Below are positions 38,742-52,700 of a DNA stretch of 64,000 nucleotides, piece by piece. Each line of letters starts with the position of its first letter. Within the stretch, counting starts at the first letter, position 1. Under the pieces are notes generated by a model that was given only the letters and a program-made list of their open reading frames with translations, had not been told where the DNA came from and ran no database searches. This stretch comes from Ramazzottius varieornatus (lineage: Eukaryota > Animalia > Tardigrada), in assembly GCA_001949185.1 (NCBI GenBank), contig BDGG01000013.1:558001-622000 (forward strand), read 5' to 3'. Position numbers and translations under genes: made by a program.

Positions 38742-39346
38742 GTTTGATAACAGAGCGGCCTTCACAGACAGAAGCTGAAGTCTAAAGATATGGAATCGGG
38801 GAACGTTGCAGAAGAAGTCACTTTGCTCACCGGGATGCGGTTGTATGGGTGAAACGAGCCGGAGGAAGGCTTCTGCTGTTCTGCATCTAGGAGCGGTTGG
38901 CGTTCGCTGGAAGATAATCTAGCTTTTAACCTGAATATGGTCGAGTAGCCTAGATGCTGCGTACAGTTAGTCCGAGCAATACGAAACTACGAGTCTATGT
39001 GGCTATAATATGGGTCCAGTCATAGAAAGATATTGGTTTACGTAAAGCCATTCCAGAAAGCACGATAATCCGAATACTTCTGCGCAACCATACGGCATAT
39101 CTAAAACAAAGGAGCTATTCGATGAGGCCAGCTTAGCCTAAACGGCCATTATCATACACAGTGAAAGGCGGCGTTCCGTATCTTTTACTGCTTGCTATTA
39201 TCTACCGTTGCACGACAAACAAACGCATAATCACTCCATGCTAGGAATCATGAATGGCCACACTAGGCCGCCGCGGAAAATACCCGTGAGTTGAACAACA
39301 TCGAACGATCATCATCGAGAGAACTGAAAAATCTGCCACTCAATCT

Positions 39347-42300
39347 CTAGTGCAACCTCGAATAGAAGGTGAGCTGCTCTTGTTGCAAATGTATCGAGCT
39401 GAATAATGTTCGTTCCCTTTGATAAACGGCGTACCTAATAAGGACATCTGTTATTTCTTTGCTGAAACAGGCTTTGCTGAGACTATATATAGGTTAGTTC
39501 CGGCAACAGGGTTCTTACCTTATCGCTGTCATGATAAATATTCCGAACAGAATGATCAAAGCTGACAAGATGTAGAGAAGAAGACTGAGAATAGATGCGT
39601 CCCCTACCGGAAACATGACCCACTATACCTCAAATGCCAACAAATGAAACTAGGGAGGATTTGTTTTGACGTTTTTCACAGCTATTCATCGTACCATTTT
39701 TCCCACAGTAACCTTTGTCACCACTAAAACCACACCTGGGTTCATTCATCGGAACCACTCCATGAGGCCAGCTAGGCTCTCTGCCAAATAGCTCGACAAT
39801 TCGCCTTCGCTGTCCGTCTAACAACAAGACTTTCTGCGAGTAATACTTCAAATGGTATGTTACACGGTGAGAACCATTCAATCACGCTGCACGCAAACCT
39901 GGAACTCTCCCGAACTGTTATCAAATTGGTTTAGTTTGTAATCGGGAGTCTTTCGTCCCTTTTCATCGATGTATACTTTTCCTCCCGGAGAATAGAAAGC
40001 TTGGTAGAAGAAACATCGTGCAAATCTTTCCCCGTCCCACAATGAGGACGAAGCAGGGCCTGCGCCGACAGAGTCCAGGAAAAGTCCCAACTTCTGTTGG
40101 TGGCGAAACCTCGTTGTCGTGAGTGAGCGAGTAAGAATACCCTAACTATGCATTGACTTACCTGTCCGATCAACCCAACGATCTCGTAGGCCGAAAGCAA
40201 GCTGACTGGAACCTGAAACAGACCTGAAACCTCACGAACTAGGATAGATCACACGTGAAGTCTAAATTAGAGCTATTAAAAACCAGACCAGGCCACTTAG
40301 AAAGAGGTTTATATCGTTTATGTGGTTCGTGGTTTGACATCCAAGCCGAACCACCTCAAACCATATAGCATCTCAAACCGGTTTCGATCTCACGCCAAAC
40401 CATATGAACCACTGGTTTATGTGGTTTAATATGGTTCGCGGTAAAGGGAAATTTCATACGAAATCTACAGGTTCTGTGCTAGAAGTGGGGCCGAAATTGG
40501 CCGTCCGACAGTGTCTATCTTTTTCCCCCCACTGCCACCGTCCGCAACCACATCGTTCTGAGTTCCACGTGATGCACAGCCTTAACTGGGTGAGCACTGT
40601 GTCATAAGCTGCGCGACATCAGAACTACGCCTTCCGTCAGGTAAAAATCACAGTTCCGGCAGTGTTGAACAACACTGCTGGTGGAGAAATGATTGCACTA
40701 CCGGATGGCTTGCCATGGTGCTTTTTTAATTCCAACACGCGCCAGTTTTGCCTGTTTGCGTCTATTTGTAGAGAAACCAGCAACGGTCGCTCAACTTCTT
40801 ATGTCCTCGGTGGTTATTTTCGTTGATTAGTCAATTGAAGGAAACTATGTCAGAATTTACTATGTACTGGTGATCAAAAACCTGTTCGCAAACCGGTTCA
40901 AACCGATGGTTTATGTGGTTTGCTTTAAATGGTCTGGTTTGGAGTTTAGACCAGACCACTTTTGGTGGTTTGCGGGAGAAACCATCTTCATTTAACCGGT
41001 TTGGCATGCAAACCACCACTTAAACCAAACCAAACCAAACCAAACCATATGGTTCAAACCGCTAACAGCTCTAGTCTGAATATTCCTCACCGTTGCGTTC
41101 CTGTCGAAAGACGTTTCGATCCGAGTATGGTCTCGTAGTAGTCTGCTGATCTCCTGGTTGTCGTCCGACGTTACACTTCTGGCCATTGTAGAGACATCCA
41201 CTGACGTATAAATAACCGAGTGGAACGCTGGGCGAGCCAAAGCGTCCAGTGAGTCGTTATGACACCAACGCAATGGTGGAAAACCACGGAGCTTCCACCA
41301 GAGGTTGCATAAGCACATACACCTGTGACACATTGCGGGCTTTTGGAATTGCTCGTACCGACGCCGTCCTATACTGAATCATGTTTGGCTTCACTTACGA
41401 ATTCGTTACTTGCCATGTTGAGTTTCTCGGTTTCCACCTGCAATCAATCGATACGTGGACAAATATTCTTCCCTCTTACCGTCTTCGGCAAACAGGCACG
41501 GTCGCCACCAGCGATTAGCTTTACCAGAAGTCGTCGTGTGGTCGAAACATGCACCATCGGTATGGCAACTGCGAGATCAAAACAAGACAGAAAATTCTCT
41601 GTTTGAGTCGAAGTCATTGAACTGCATGCCCACTTCACATTTAACTTACTGCGTGTCTTCTTCCGTATGGAATTCAGCATGCGGGTATAGTCGCTGGTGT
41701 TCTGAGTACTGCCAGCAAACCTGATATCGTGAATTCTGAAGGTGTCGGTTGGCAGGGCTTTATGTAACTCGCCACACATTACCCGGTAGAATATGTTACC
41801 CAGCGGTTCACCAGTATCGCACAACAGAGCGAATGTGGTCCACTTGTAACGATGTAGCAAGCTAGGGACAAAGCTCTGTATGAGCGCATTGTCGATGGCA
41901 GTAGCGGACAAAATGGTGGGGTACAGAGACTTGTCGGCAATCGCCTCCGGAAAGGTGCCAGCCCTACACAATTAATGGCGTTCACATGAGATGGAAAAAA
42001 CCAGAGTAAGGAGGGTGAACCTACACGTAGACAAGTGGGACACTGAGACCTGTTCAAATGTTCATAAGTTAAACGATTGCTCAATCAACCGAAAAAAAAC
42101 GCCAGCTCGGCAGCCACAACACTTGTCATTTTTGCTCGAGACTGCGACCGTTGAGCACGGGTACATATCTGGATCAACTAATCAACGACTGGACTTGCTG
42201 GTGATAAGCGGTGCCACCGCCAAAAGTTCCGGGGCTCCCACTGTAAGATCAAGTGCCGTCAGTCTCGTACGGCAACATTCGGCAGCACGGCTAGGAACCG

Positions 42301-42545
42301 CGACTTACTGAAAGAGATGATCACTACGGGCATGTCTGGTGGTCGAGTACGATAATAATATTTGGAGATAATGTCTCCCAACGGGGTATCGGCTGACTTA
42401 TTGTAACCATGAACAGAGTCCAGCAGCAACCGGAGTTTTCGACCAGAAGATGGCAGAGAATTAGCTCTTTTCACTGCCAGATCGACGACGGAAGAGTAGT
42501 ACATCATGTCAGAGGGAAGGGTCGCCAGGATGAGAACATCGAAAA
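39347..42545 (-). pseudogene. ANF-ectodomain single-pass receptor with short tail (NPR-C-like architecture); possible frameshift, 5' exon not resolved
   Basis: VDLAVKRAN, ADKSLYPT, LLHRYKWTTFALLCD, W.HNDSLDALARPAF.SVI, GKVYIDEKG, PRCGFSGDKGYC, TM (ILSLLLYILSALIILFGIFIMTAI), tail RYAVYQRERTLFSSIHLQQEQLTFYSRLH*; +1 shift in the T-run at ~41280. Confidence 0.75.
40268..41073. mobile_element. Non-autonomous hAT-type element in an intron
   Basis: TIR TAGAGCTATTA / TAACAGCTCTA; 8-bp TSD GTCTAAAT / GTCTGAAT; many subterminal AAACC/GGTTT motifs. Confidence 0.8.
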
Positions 42546-43089
42546 CTATCGCGGGCCCAGCAATAGCAGTGTACCGTCACGGGACCTCTCCCATCTCTTT
42601 ATTCTACTGTATCAAAGATCAAGTATAGACCAATGCCGTGCGCACTTGAGGCACTTGAATCTGACTCATTAGATCTGATGAAAGCCGTACAGGCTGCAGT
42701 GAACCATTAGCAAACGTTCTACAGACGTTGCCAGAAAGGCCAGACGATCCCATGTTTTCAGTACGATCGAATAGGAAGAAAAAAATCTTAAAGACATGCT
42801 TGCTGCGCTTGAATATGTTCCCCTTGTTGTTCCTCCATTTTTCCACTGGAAGCCATTGCGAGTTTCAATCCTAGTCAATTTGCCTGAAGGATAGTGACCT
42901 ATTATTTAATCGAAAAATAAGCATAAGGCAGATCCGGTGCGCCATGTCTGAGACAGGGCAGACTCGCCAGCTTGTTTTGAAATGTCCCACTGGTGACATG
43001 CAGTGCTCATCAGTATATTAAAGCCCGAGGCCTCAGACCTGCAAAATGTCGTGACATCACGCAGATTAAGCTGCTACTGTGTGATGAAA

Positions 43090-43315
43090 GTCCCACTGTA
43101 GCTAAAATGAACTGCAACGTCACACATAAGCGCAGCACCCGATCAGAACTTTGAACGGTTGGGGTGCCACCATGCTTCTCAATGCTAACTAACCGTAACT
43201 CCCATTACGCTATTTGCCGAAAATAAGGGGAGCTCCGGAAAGCATATTGTAGTTACCAGTTACGAAATGGGGCGGAGCAAGCCCTTACTACAGTCGGAAA
43301 GTGAACAGGAATCCC
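43090..43315 (+). repeat. Dispersed repeat family B
   Basis: Homologous to 29213-29610 and 59960-60180. Confidence 0.75.
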
Positions 43316-45585
43316 ACGGAAAATCAGGTATGTTCGATGAAGGCCGTTTTTGTATTTAACTCCCGTGTCGTTTGGGGTAAGCGATTTAATACAAAGGGCA
43401 TCCGCGAAGGAATAGAATGGTCCAGTTTTGTATTCCGATCGACGTTGTTTCGGTAATACGAAAATTACCTACAAAACAATACATCCTTCGTATTCCTCCT
43501 GGGATATGAGGCGTAAGTGGCATACAAAAGTTTTTTTTCTTTGATTGATGCTTACCGATAGGCTGAAGTTTCTGATATACACTTGGTTGGACGGCGTCAG
43601 CCCATCTGACAGATGTATGCGCCACGTGTCAACGGAGGTTCCGGACTTGGGATTATACCGTCCGGCAACTATAAAGGTCTCGCGTGTACCGAAAACTTTC
43701 TCCATCAGTTCTGAAGCAAAAAGCTGCCGTTCTGCTGCGACAACTCTTTCTTTCAAGAGTAGCAACAAGTTTCCCTAAAATAATGACAGGATAATCATAA
43801 TTCAAATATCATAGGAAAATTTGATTTTGGTGTTCTTATCAATGTGGGCCATGAGTCAGCATTCGAAAACCGAGATGGCGCCATCATTCCACTAGTACAA
43901 ACGGAATACAAAACCAGGAAACCCATTGTATTTCTTTCTTGATCCATTGTATTTATTTCTCAATTTCACAGTCTGGTTTTCGGTGGGCGTGGCAGCTTAA
44001 TCTTTGTATTAGTGACGGGCACACCATGTAGCAACACGCAGATCAGCCTGCTCGCTGGCCTGACTCGAGTCGGCCAGGGGTGCTTCGTAGTTCCTCAACC
44101 AAGCCTACCCCCAGTTCCAATGCGACCACCACTGCAGGCCAGTTTGAAGTTGTTTAGCACCCATTCGTACAAACATCTTTTCAACAAAAGGAAAATCTGG
44201 CATATAGGGAACCATACGGTGGACTATATGGTGAACCGCTGATCTTGTCCAAGATTTGCTCTTCACCAATATGGTGGTTGACTGGAGCTAAAAGCTCACG
44301 AGTAAGTCGTCTGCTTTCCTTGCGCCCTTACTCTTGGCCATGCTGAGAACTGCTGCCACCTTCAAGTCTCTGCCAAGCTTTCTTTGAGTCAGAGTAAATG
44401 CCTACCTGGCCCAACGCAAGTCATTTGCGGATGTTCTATTGAATATTCTGCTGTTTACCACTGATATTCTCTTCTTCCTCAATGGAAACTCCAGATCCCC
44501 TTGCGGAAGGTGTAAAGTGATGTTTCGAACCTCTTAAGGGCTGCCACCAACGAAACGCGAACTTTTCGAGAAAGTTTTTTTCCGCAGTTGATAATACGTA
44601 TTGCGGCGCTGTAACAGCTTCCGTCGGAAGCTACAGAAAATAATTTGAACACTAGTTTGGTCATTCCTCACTGGTGTGAGGTTCGGGATATCATTTTGCA
44701 CCGTCCGCACGTGGAATCTGGAGTTTCCTTAGATAACGGACCAGTTTTTGGATCGTCTTGTGTGACGCTATACAGGCTATAACACGGGTTCTACGGTGGA
44801 TGAGGCACCTTCGGGAATTCCTCCACCTCCAGGAAGTGGCTATTCGCCGGTCCTCCCGATACTTTGTAGAGAGCTAAGGGCCTCAGCTATCATATAAAAG
44901 CATCGTTTTCGTGATCGGCGAGTGACATGGTCTGAAAGGTCTCTCGTTAGTAGCCGGTTCAACCTCGCAAATGTTTAGGGCGTATCTGGAATCCCTGCTC
45001 GTAGGAAGTATCGGTTCAACTTAGATACCTTCAGCTTTAGCTCGATCAAATACAGAGATGAACCGTATTAGGTTCAGAACTGCTTGGCAAGCAAACCAGT
45101 CCTGGCCATCGTCACCGGTGTGTAACGGTGCTTCACTTTGACCGCAATTATTACGTATCCGCGCAGGGTTTCCCAGGCGTAGGTGCACGTCCGCAACGCT
45201 CCTGAGTCACCCGCGAACGAAACTAAGACGGTCTCAGGAACCTGAATCACCCTGGTACCCAGAGCTAGCGATGTAAGCGAGCTTCTGGGTCTCTGAGGAA
45301 CGCAAAAGTTTCCAGTCTGTATCGCGAGTTAGCGCGCCATCAGCTCATGGTTTATATTTGAGGAAACCCGCTTTATGGTCGAACTGTACTCTAAGTTCCT
45401 TGTGTTTGTTCTGATTTTTTTTTCTCTGTCATGGCTTGCATATCTCTCAACTTGGCTGTGCAGTAAAGATAGGAAGCTACGAAGTACTTTTGTATTTCTA
45501 TGCGCTCAACATATATGCTTGGGAGATCTTTGTGTCGCCGAGGGTAGGCAGATATACCCGGGAAACTTTTGAGTCGTTGTGAAAA

Positions 45586-48421
45586 TCAATGGAAATGTCT
45601 CCGTGCATGCAGGTCAGAGTGGCCCGTCGACAGTCTTGCTCTGGTTAAACTATAATGCGACAACCGACCAGCGATGGAGTGCGCCGTGTGTGAGTATAGG
45701 CCTGATTTTCGCTTTAATAGCGGAGCATTCAGTAGATAACCATTAAAAACCTCTCGGTAATGCTCGTTTCGTTTCCTGAAAGCAGAACCACATTTAGAGG
45801 TGAAATAATCGCAACGTAGAGCTGATTTAGTTTTGCGTGAAAAAATACGAACTTTCTCCATTCGAGCGCAGTAACCAACCCGATCAGTAGTACCAGGACC
45901 ACCGTCACGGAACAGGCTGTTTGCACAGTTGCGCCACCTGAGAAAGACGGTACTCACGGTCACTCAACTCCGTTGGTGTCATAATCGGATCATTCAGTTC
46001 AGCCCTTACTCAGCACTTCCTCGCATAGTTCTCCATGAAACCCACAAAGTGGCGAGTTGGTCGGTGGATGTCCCAGCAGCCAAAATGGCGCATGAAGCTG
46101 GTCCATGCCGAACTTCAATGGATTTACCAACCAAATGGGCTATCAATGAGCCATCGTTAATTGGTGCAAACAACCCTACGTCAGGTTTCTAGCTTGTGCG
46201 CTGATGACCTACCGTGAGCTGCCGTGTTACGGGGTTGTACTGGTCAACTGTTGTCGCACTACGACGCGCTCCAGTTTGGTCAAAGTAAACTGTTCCAGCT
46301 GGCGTTCGGAAACTGCGATTACGAAAGTACTCAACCAGCATAGCAGACCCGTGGCTCAAGAGCTGTTGAGCAGCGGTCGTGGAACTAGAGTTGACAATTT
46401 GTGCTAGGACCTAGTAATCGCAAAAACCCGGTAATTTTGACATAAAGGGTAGGACTGCATGGAGTACCGGGTCGCACCTGTGCAAGAACGTGAGTCGCGA
46501 TGTAGGCCGTTACGGGGTAGGCGGAATCCTGTGGTGACAAGAGGTCATCGTAAGATAAGGCTTCAAGAAGCATACTTGAGATGATCCGATACACGAGCTG
46601 TTGAACTGCCGAAGGAAGTACTTGAGAGTACACACCTTTCCTGGGAGCATCATCTGCCTGCAGTGAGAAGTGGCCTCCCTGTAGCCAAGCTGCTTCAGTT
46701 CAGTAAGAAAAGTGTCGGTGTCATTATCCTGTCCTTGAGAACTGAACGACTGTATTATCAAAGAGCGGTAAGCCTGGAAAATGATCTGAAAAACACATAT
46801 CCACGTTTCAATGCATTTGTTTTTGCGGAGTTGATGCATTGCAAGCTGCAGGCTTAACCTTATCCTCTTAGTTACGTACTTCATCGTCAGTGTCATTTTG
46901 CAGCCACTGCACAGATCCCCAGTCTGGACTTTCAGCTCCCATGTTCAATGAGTTGTAGACCTGCAGCGACTGGTTGGACTAAGTACTGTACATGGCTGGA
47001 AACAGATAGTATCTGGAAAAGTCATTCAGGGCCTTACATATTCTCCGTTAGTCATGTTCGTCGACGAGGCCAGGATCTGTAAAGCAGGAAAAAAACGGAT
47101 AGTCGTTAGCCGATTGAAACTGTACTGGTAGTCCCTAAATGTACTGTGCATCGCAACGTATCAGAAAGCGCAAAACCTTACCATGAAACGTCTCAAAACA
47201 TTCGGCTTTAGACCCAGGGATAAGACTAAAATAGTAACTTCGTTGTAAGTGGCCCGTTGAGATTCCACTGTATATAGCTAACAAGATATCTCATACTGCA
47301 CCTACAGTGCAGCGAATGCATGCCTTCCGGTGGTCACGTGACATTGACAATCAGTCATCAATCTTACAAGACCTAGTGACCACCGAAGAACTGTGTTCTC
47401 TGAACTGTAGACCTACCACGCGCGGATACTTGCACTTCTTGTAAGAGTTGTCGCACATTCTGTTGAAAGACGTCTTGTGGCTGCGATGAGTTTATGAAAC
47501 GGAGAACGACTGTTCCCCCAATAGCTTGACCCATTGCCCTGACACCTGCCACAACTGTTGCAAGGCCGCCACCCGAACTCGAAGCCGTTGTGGTGTCGCC
47601 AGCATCGAGGACCATGTAGCACATTGTCCATTTGAACGTCCTCATCATGATGATAAAGTGCGTGGTAATGCTCAGTATGTCAAGACCACTGGTCAAAATG
47701 AAGTTAGGGTACAAAGTGAACATTGATTTGTCCATGGTTGCCACTCTAAACAAAAAATGTTTAGGTTCCAATGAGGTGAGGACAAACTATGAATTCGTTT
47801 TCGCATCAAGTTTCAGGATAGATTCTGATGCCTTACCCTAATATCGCAAGGCTGTTATAACCTACAGGATACAGAGCATTCGAATAGGACAGCAAAGCTC
47901 CCCTTCTTTAACGATGGCAAAGCTTTATTTCAGAAATAGCAAGCTGTTGTCTCAATCTTACCGGCAGACATCTGTAACAGAGATTGCGCTTCGGTACATC
48001 CTGCGAAACGGCAAACCAGTGCTATTTTCTCAAGTTCAACGCGTTTCGTACTGGTTCGGGGTTTAATTTTGATACCGTCAAATGGTCCGAAGACAGCAAT
48101 CTTTCTCTCACGTCGTGGACTGTAGTAGTATCTGGCCAACATGTCGCCCATTTCGCTTGTCAAGTCTTCACAGCTCTGGACTTCGGACTGCTCCAGATAT
48201 TTAAAGGTTAAGTCGAGCTCCTTCGGGTACTGCGCATTCACATGCTCAACTGCCAGTTTGATGGCTGGTCCGACTTCACAAATATTCGCCGGGTACTTGG
48301 GATGTTTGGTGGTGGGAAGAATCAGTTCAACTTGAAGTGGTCGGAGCTGGCCCTGAGCAGATGCAAACGTAAACAATGAAATGGTGAGTAACGCTTGGTC
48401 TGAGAACCAGGAAAGTTTCAT
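45586..48421 (-). CDS. ANF-ectodomain single-pass receptor with ~65-aa cytoplasmic tail, no kinase or cyclase
   Basis: Signal peptide, VGPAIKLAVEHVN, FKWTMCYMVLD, NMTNGEY, AYRSLII, GTVYFDQTGAR, W..GHPPTNSPLCGFHGELC, TM (VTVVLVLLIGLVTAL), spliced tail ending HARRHFH* at 45586; one internal exon unresolved. Confidence 0.8.
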
Positions 48422-48887
48422 GATTGGTTATTGCCACAGTTTCGGAACGAAGATGCGGCTAATGTGGATGGATGGATGGTTTGATCAGAAGTTTGGCGCC
48501 ATCGTTGCAGCTCGGTGTTTCTCTGCACTTGACTCGGTTGCACAGGTAAGAAATGCAGTGAAACGGGGAAAAACGGAGCTGGAATCGTTTTTGTTCCTCT
48601 GCGAAGGCGCTGAGTACTTCACTCGGGCTCAGTTGAAACAAGAAACATCGGACCCTCATTTTAACAAATCGAAACTTTATCCGTCAAGCCTTCTTATGGT
48701 TTCTGATTTCCTGCAGCTGATGTGGGTGCGCCGATTTTGTCTAAGAACACACCTGACAAATGGGCCTTCCTCAATTAGCAGTACTACAAACCGCTTACAC
48801 CGGTAACGGAGTGCCCGGAAGCGGTAAGTGTCTAGTCGAGGCTAGGGAGCAGTCAGACGTCCCCAACGGAAGTATTAAGAACTCCAG

Positions 48888-49184
48888 GTACGAGGTAGCC
48901 GGCATGGAGATATTCAGGCCTGAACCTAGCTTCTGCTGCTTCAAGTTACATTTTCTTGGCTTGCAGATTAAGATCAGCCTGTTTCGATCCTTCTGAAACA
49001 GACCGGAAGCTCACAGGAAGCAAAACCAAGGAGATATCTGTCTTGGAGGGAAGCAGGTCGGACGTAATGTTAAAGAGCCTATTTGCAGTACTATGAGCAA
49101 CCAATCGACCATTTTTGCCAATGCTTCGTGGATACTTCCATGCCGGAATTTCAGATGGATATCTCCATGCCGCATACCTCGTGC
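48888..49184. mobile_element. MITE-like element
   Basis: GTACGAGGTAGCCGGCATGGAGATATTCA versus TGGATATCTCCATGCCGCATACCTCGTGC inverted repeat. Confidence 0.6.
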
Positions 49185-49705
49185 TCGGTCACTACAGAGC
49201 TTGAGATGAGGGTGGCCCAGCTGTTTCCGAGCTCACAGCACGTGAATTAACACTTAGTCTGGATTAAGAAGACTAATTACTTCTTGAAATCTTTCATCTG
49301 GGTGGTAGAGTCTTCCGACCAGCGGAAATTGAATTCGGTATTGGAACAGTCTGCACATTGTTTTCATCCGACGCTGCAAGATGGCACTGGCCTCTAGTAT
49401 TCAGAAAAAAATTTATCGACGAATTTTCATTTGGATGCCAGGGAATAGCAAGTTAGCAAACCATCCATTTGCTAAAGTTGCCAATATTCAGGAGTCGCGT
49501 CAGGCACAGGGATGGTCAGCCAAGCGAGAAAGATGAAAATACTGGTTGGTACCGAATGGCCCACCATCTATTTAATCAGACAGAGCGGTGCGCGGTCCTT
49601 CGTAGTTGTCAGAAAGTCAATGTGTGTTACAATCTGAGTAAATTTTCTACACCGCAGACTCCACACTGTAAAAAGGCTCGCGAGTTGATCCGGGTTACAG
49701 GAAGT

Positions 49706-52700
49706 ATTTACGCGCAATGTCTAGGTTCCCTACACAGTCCGCTATGGCGGACGCGACGGCTTTTCCGCGGGTTTGCCGTGAAAACTCCAGCGATATGCTG
49801 CTGAACAGGCTTGAGGCCTGGGCCGCAGGTCGAAAAGTACGCTGAATCTGCGCCCTTTTCCGGTACTCGGCAACTGCGCTGCGCTGCGTAAGTCTAGACC
49901 GGAGGGACGGTGCAGCTGCGCTGCACCTTACCGTACCTGCGAGGCAACTGAGCTGCGGTTCTTTTTGTCTGTCGACAACGCGACAGAAGTGGCAATAGCA
50001 GAGGAAGGTACTGGCGAACCAAACCCTGCCGGTACCACCCACGCGGCTATTGTAACAAAGGGGATGCCTGTAACTTCTTGCACGTCCTTCCACAGAGTAA
50101 TCTAGGTAGGTCAGGAGACACTCGTGCACCTGTCCCGAACCAGGCACAATTCCGCAAATCAAGGGAAATCTGCTGGAATTACAACAGCGGCTACTGCGGG
50201 TGGGGAACTGAGTGCTGAGTGGGGAAAACGCCGTGTATCCCATCAAAACTCGAGTTTTCTTAAACAGCTCGAAGCATAAATTAATTTTCATTCGCACCGC
50301 AGAAACGTTGGATGCCCGAAAGGTCAAACACTGGCAAAAGCAGTGCTTCACCGGGGCACTGCGCACGGCGGTGGGCGGCCATGAACACCACGGCGGTCAG
50401 GGCGGCATCGGCCGTAACGCATGATACATCGTAATGCTGGTCACGATGGTGGTAGGGATTATGATGGCGGCGGATATGGTGGTGTTGGCCGAGACCACGG
50501 TGTAACCGGCAGCGCAGTGCAGGTTGGCATGTCAAGCGGCGTCCAAAATGACGCTGCCTCCCGACCCACCACCTCTCTAGCTTCAAAAAGCTCCGTTGGG
50601 GGGGGGGGCTGGCTGCGAAAGCCTCCAGCAGCCTACAGCGCCCCTTTACAACTCGCTGTAGAACTACCCGCAGTATGAAGATCATCTGCTGGAATGTCAA
50701 TGGACATAAACTAGCCGCGAACCATCACATTCAGTCACCCTTCAAAACGTATGATATAATCGCCCTCACAGAAGCCCATTGTCTCGAATACCACTCGTTT
50801 TTCGACCGAACGCTTTTTCCCTCACTGTCCGTAATTACCCACAACGCCACCTTGGGTTCGTGATCGAAGCAAGGCGGTATCATGGTTCCATCATGCTCCT
50901 ACTATCTGAGAAAAGTCGAACCACAATTCTCGGATCATTTTCTCGCCCTCGAAGTGGCCGACAAGGATGGCTCCATCCTGTGCACAGTGGTTGTGGTATA
51001 CGTTCCCCGAAGCCGATCAGTCTACATATCCCAAGAAAGAGAATATGGAATGTGGGAAAAGTCGACGTCACTAACTTACAGACGTAACACCGCGTGTTCA
51101 CTGGTCGTCGCGGGTGATTTGAACACGCACCTCTGTGACCTATCTTTCAGTGTTTTGGTCGACGGACCTTATGACAGTCAAGAGCTTGTCCCGGTGAAAT
51201 ACAGCGACAATTTAGACCGAACCCCCAATAACTATCGGTCAAAGCTCTTCCTTGACTACGCCCGAGAAGGAGACCTCATTAGTCTAAATGGGCTTAATGA
51301 TTTTGACAAGAGTTTCCCTCCCAGATATACATTCGAAAGACGCTGTCATAGTTCGGTCCAGCGTTCAACCATTGACTACTGTCTGGTGCGGTCCACCGAG
51401 GTGTCCCTCATATCCGCCTTTGGGCTGCTGGACCGACACCTCGGCATCTCCGATGATCTACTCCTAAGTGTGGAAATCAAACTGAACACACAGGGGATAC
51501 AAGGGGAAAGGCCACGCCTTACGCCTTCTGATCAACCGAAAGTCCGCACCAACTGGGCTACCTTGGTCCAGCAGATTATCGGTCCCCTGACGTCATCCTT
51601 CACTTCTGGGGTATGTGATGGAAGGTCAGCACTTCTCGAAATGGAGCCGAACATGGTCGCGCGGCAGCGAATAGCACACTTGTATCAGCCACAAGTGCCA
51701 CAGTGCGACCCACACTCGAGCTCTCTTCGAGAGAACTTGAAAGAAAACAAAGCGGCATACTCCAGTACCTGTGATAAGAAAGCTAGAAGAACATTAGCTG
51801 CAAGAATGCGCCGGACGGTGAGGTTTTCGTACACCAACGAGCACCTAACCTCCTCTCAATAACTCCTACGGGCAAAGCATCGAAACACGGGTAGCTTTGG
51901 AAAATTTTCAGAGGCCCAGACAGTAATAACCCTCTACCCGTCACCGTGTTTAATATTACGGCGTACTTTTCGCGTATTATGGGAGGGCTAACTGAACCAC
52001 TTCCGGCTGACGGGGCGATACAGGGTCTCTTTCGATCAACAGTTACGAAAGCCTGTCACGATCCCCCTACACGTGAGGAGCTTTTGGTGGCAGTTGCGAA
52101 CATTCAGTCAAAGAGATCCAGTGGACCCGACAAGTTACCAACTGAGCGCTACAAGATCCTACTGTACCACCACAACTTTTAGTCGCTCGTGCTGTCATGT
52201 TTTAACGACATGCTGCTTGCGGGTACAGTACCTCCCGAATGGCTCCTATCAATACTCGTAACCATCCCTAAGAAGGGAAAAAGTGTCCTTAGAGAACCTA
52301 CGCCCAATTTTTATCATGGCGCCACCCATGAGGATCTTCATGAAGCTCGTGTGTGGAAGGATGATCTCTCTCATCTTCCCCACGGCGCCCACCATTTTGG
52401 TTTCGCAACTGGCAAGTCCTGTTCTGAAGGACTTCTCACATATGCGGCCGCAGTCAAGACCTCCCTGTCCAAAAACAGCTACTGTACAGCGGTCTTTCTT
52501 GACCTCAAGATCGTCTTCGACACGGTTAACCATGGTGCATTGCCTGCACTGCTTGACATCTCTATGACGCCCTCTCCCCTTTATAGAATCGTCAAAACAT
52601 ATACGTAACTCATCGTGCAGTGTTTTTGCGAACGGCGAATACGGGGAACCCTTCAGAATTTCAAGAGGTGTAAAGCAAGGTGACCCAGCGTCGGAGGAGC

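Noticed and set aside
44300-45300. Degenerate gag-like relic
   Set aside because: No sustained frame or motif I can identify with confidence
49695-50366. 223-aa minus-strand ORF
   Set aside because: Antisense shadow of the LINE 5' region with no motifs
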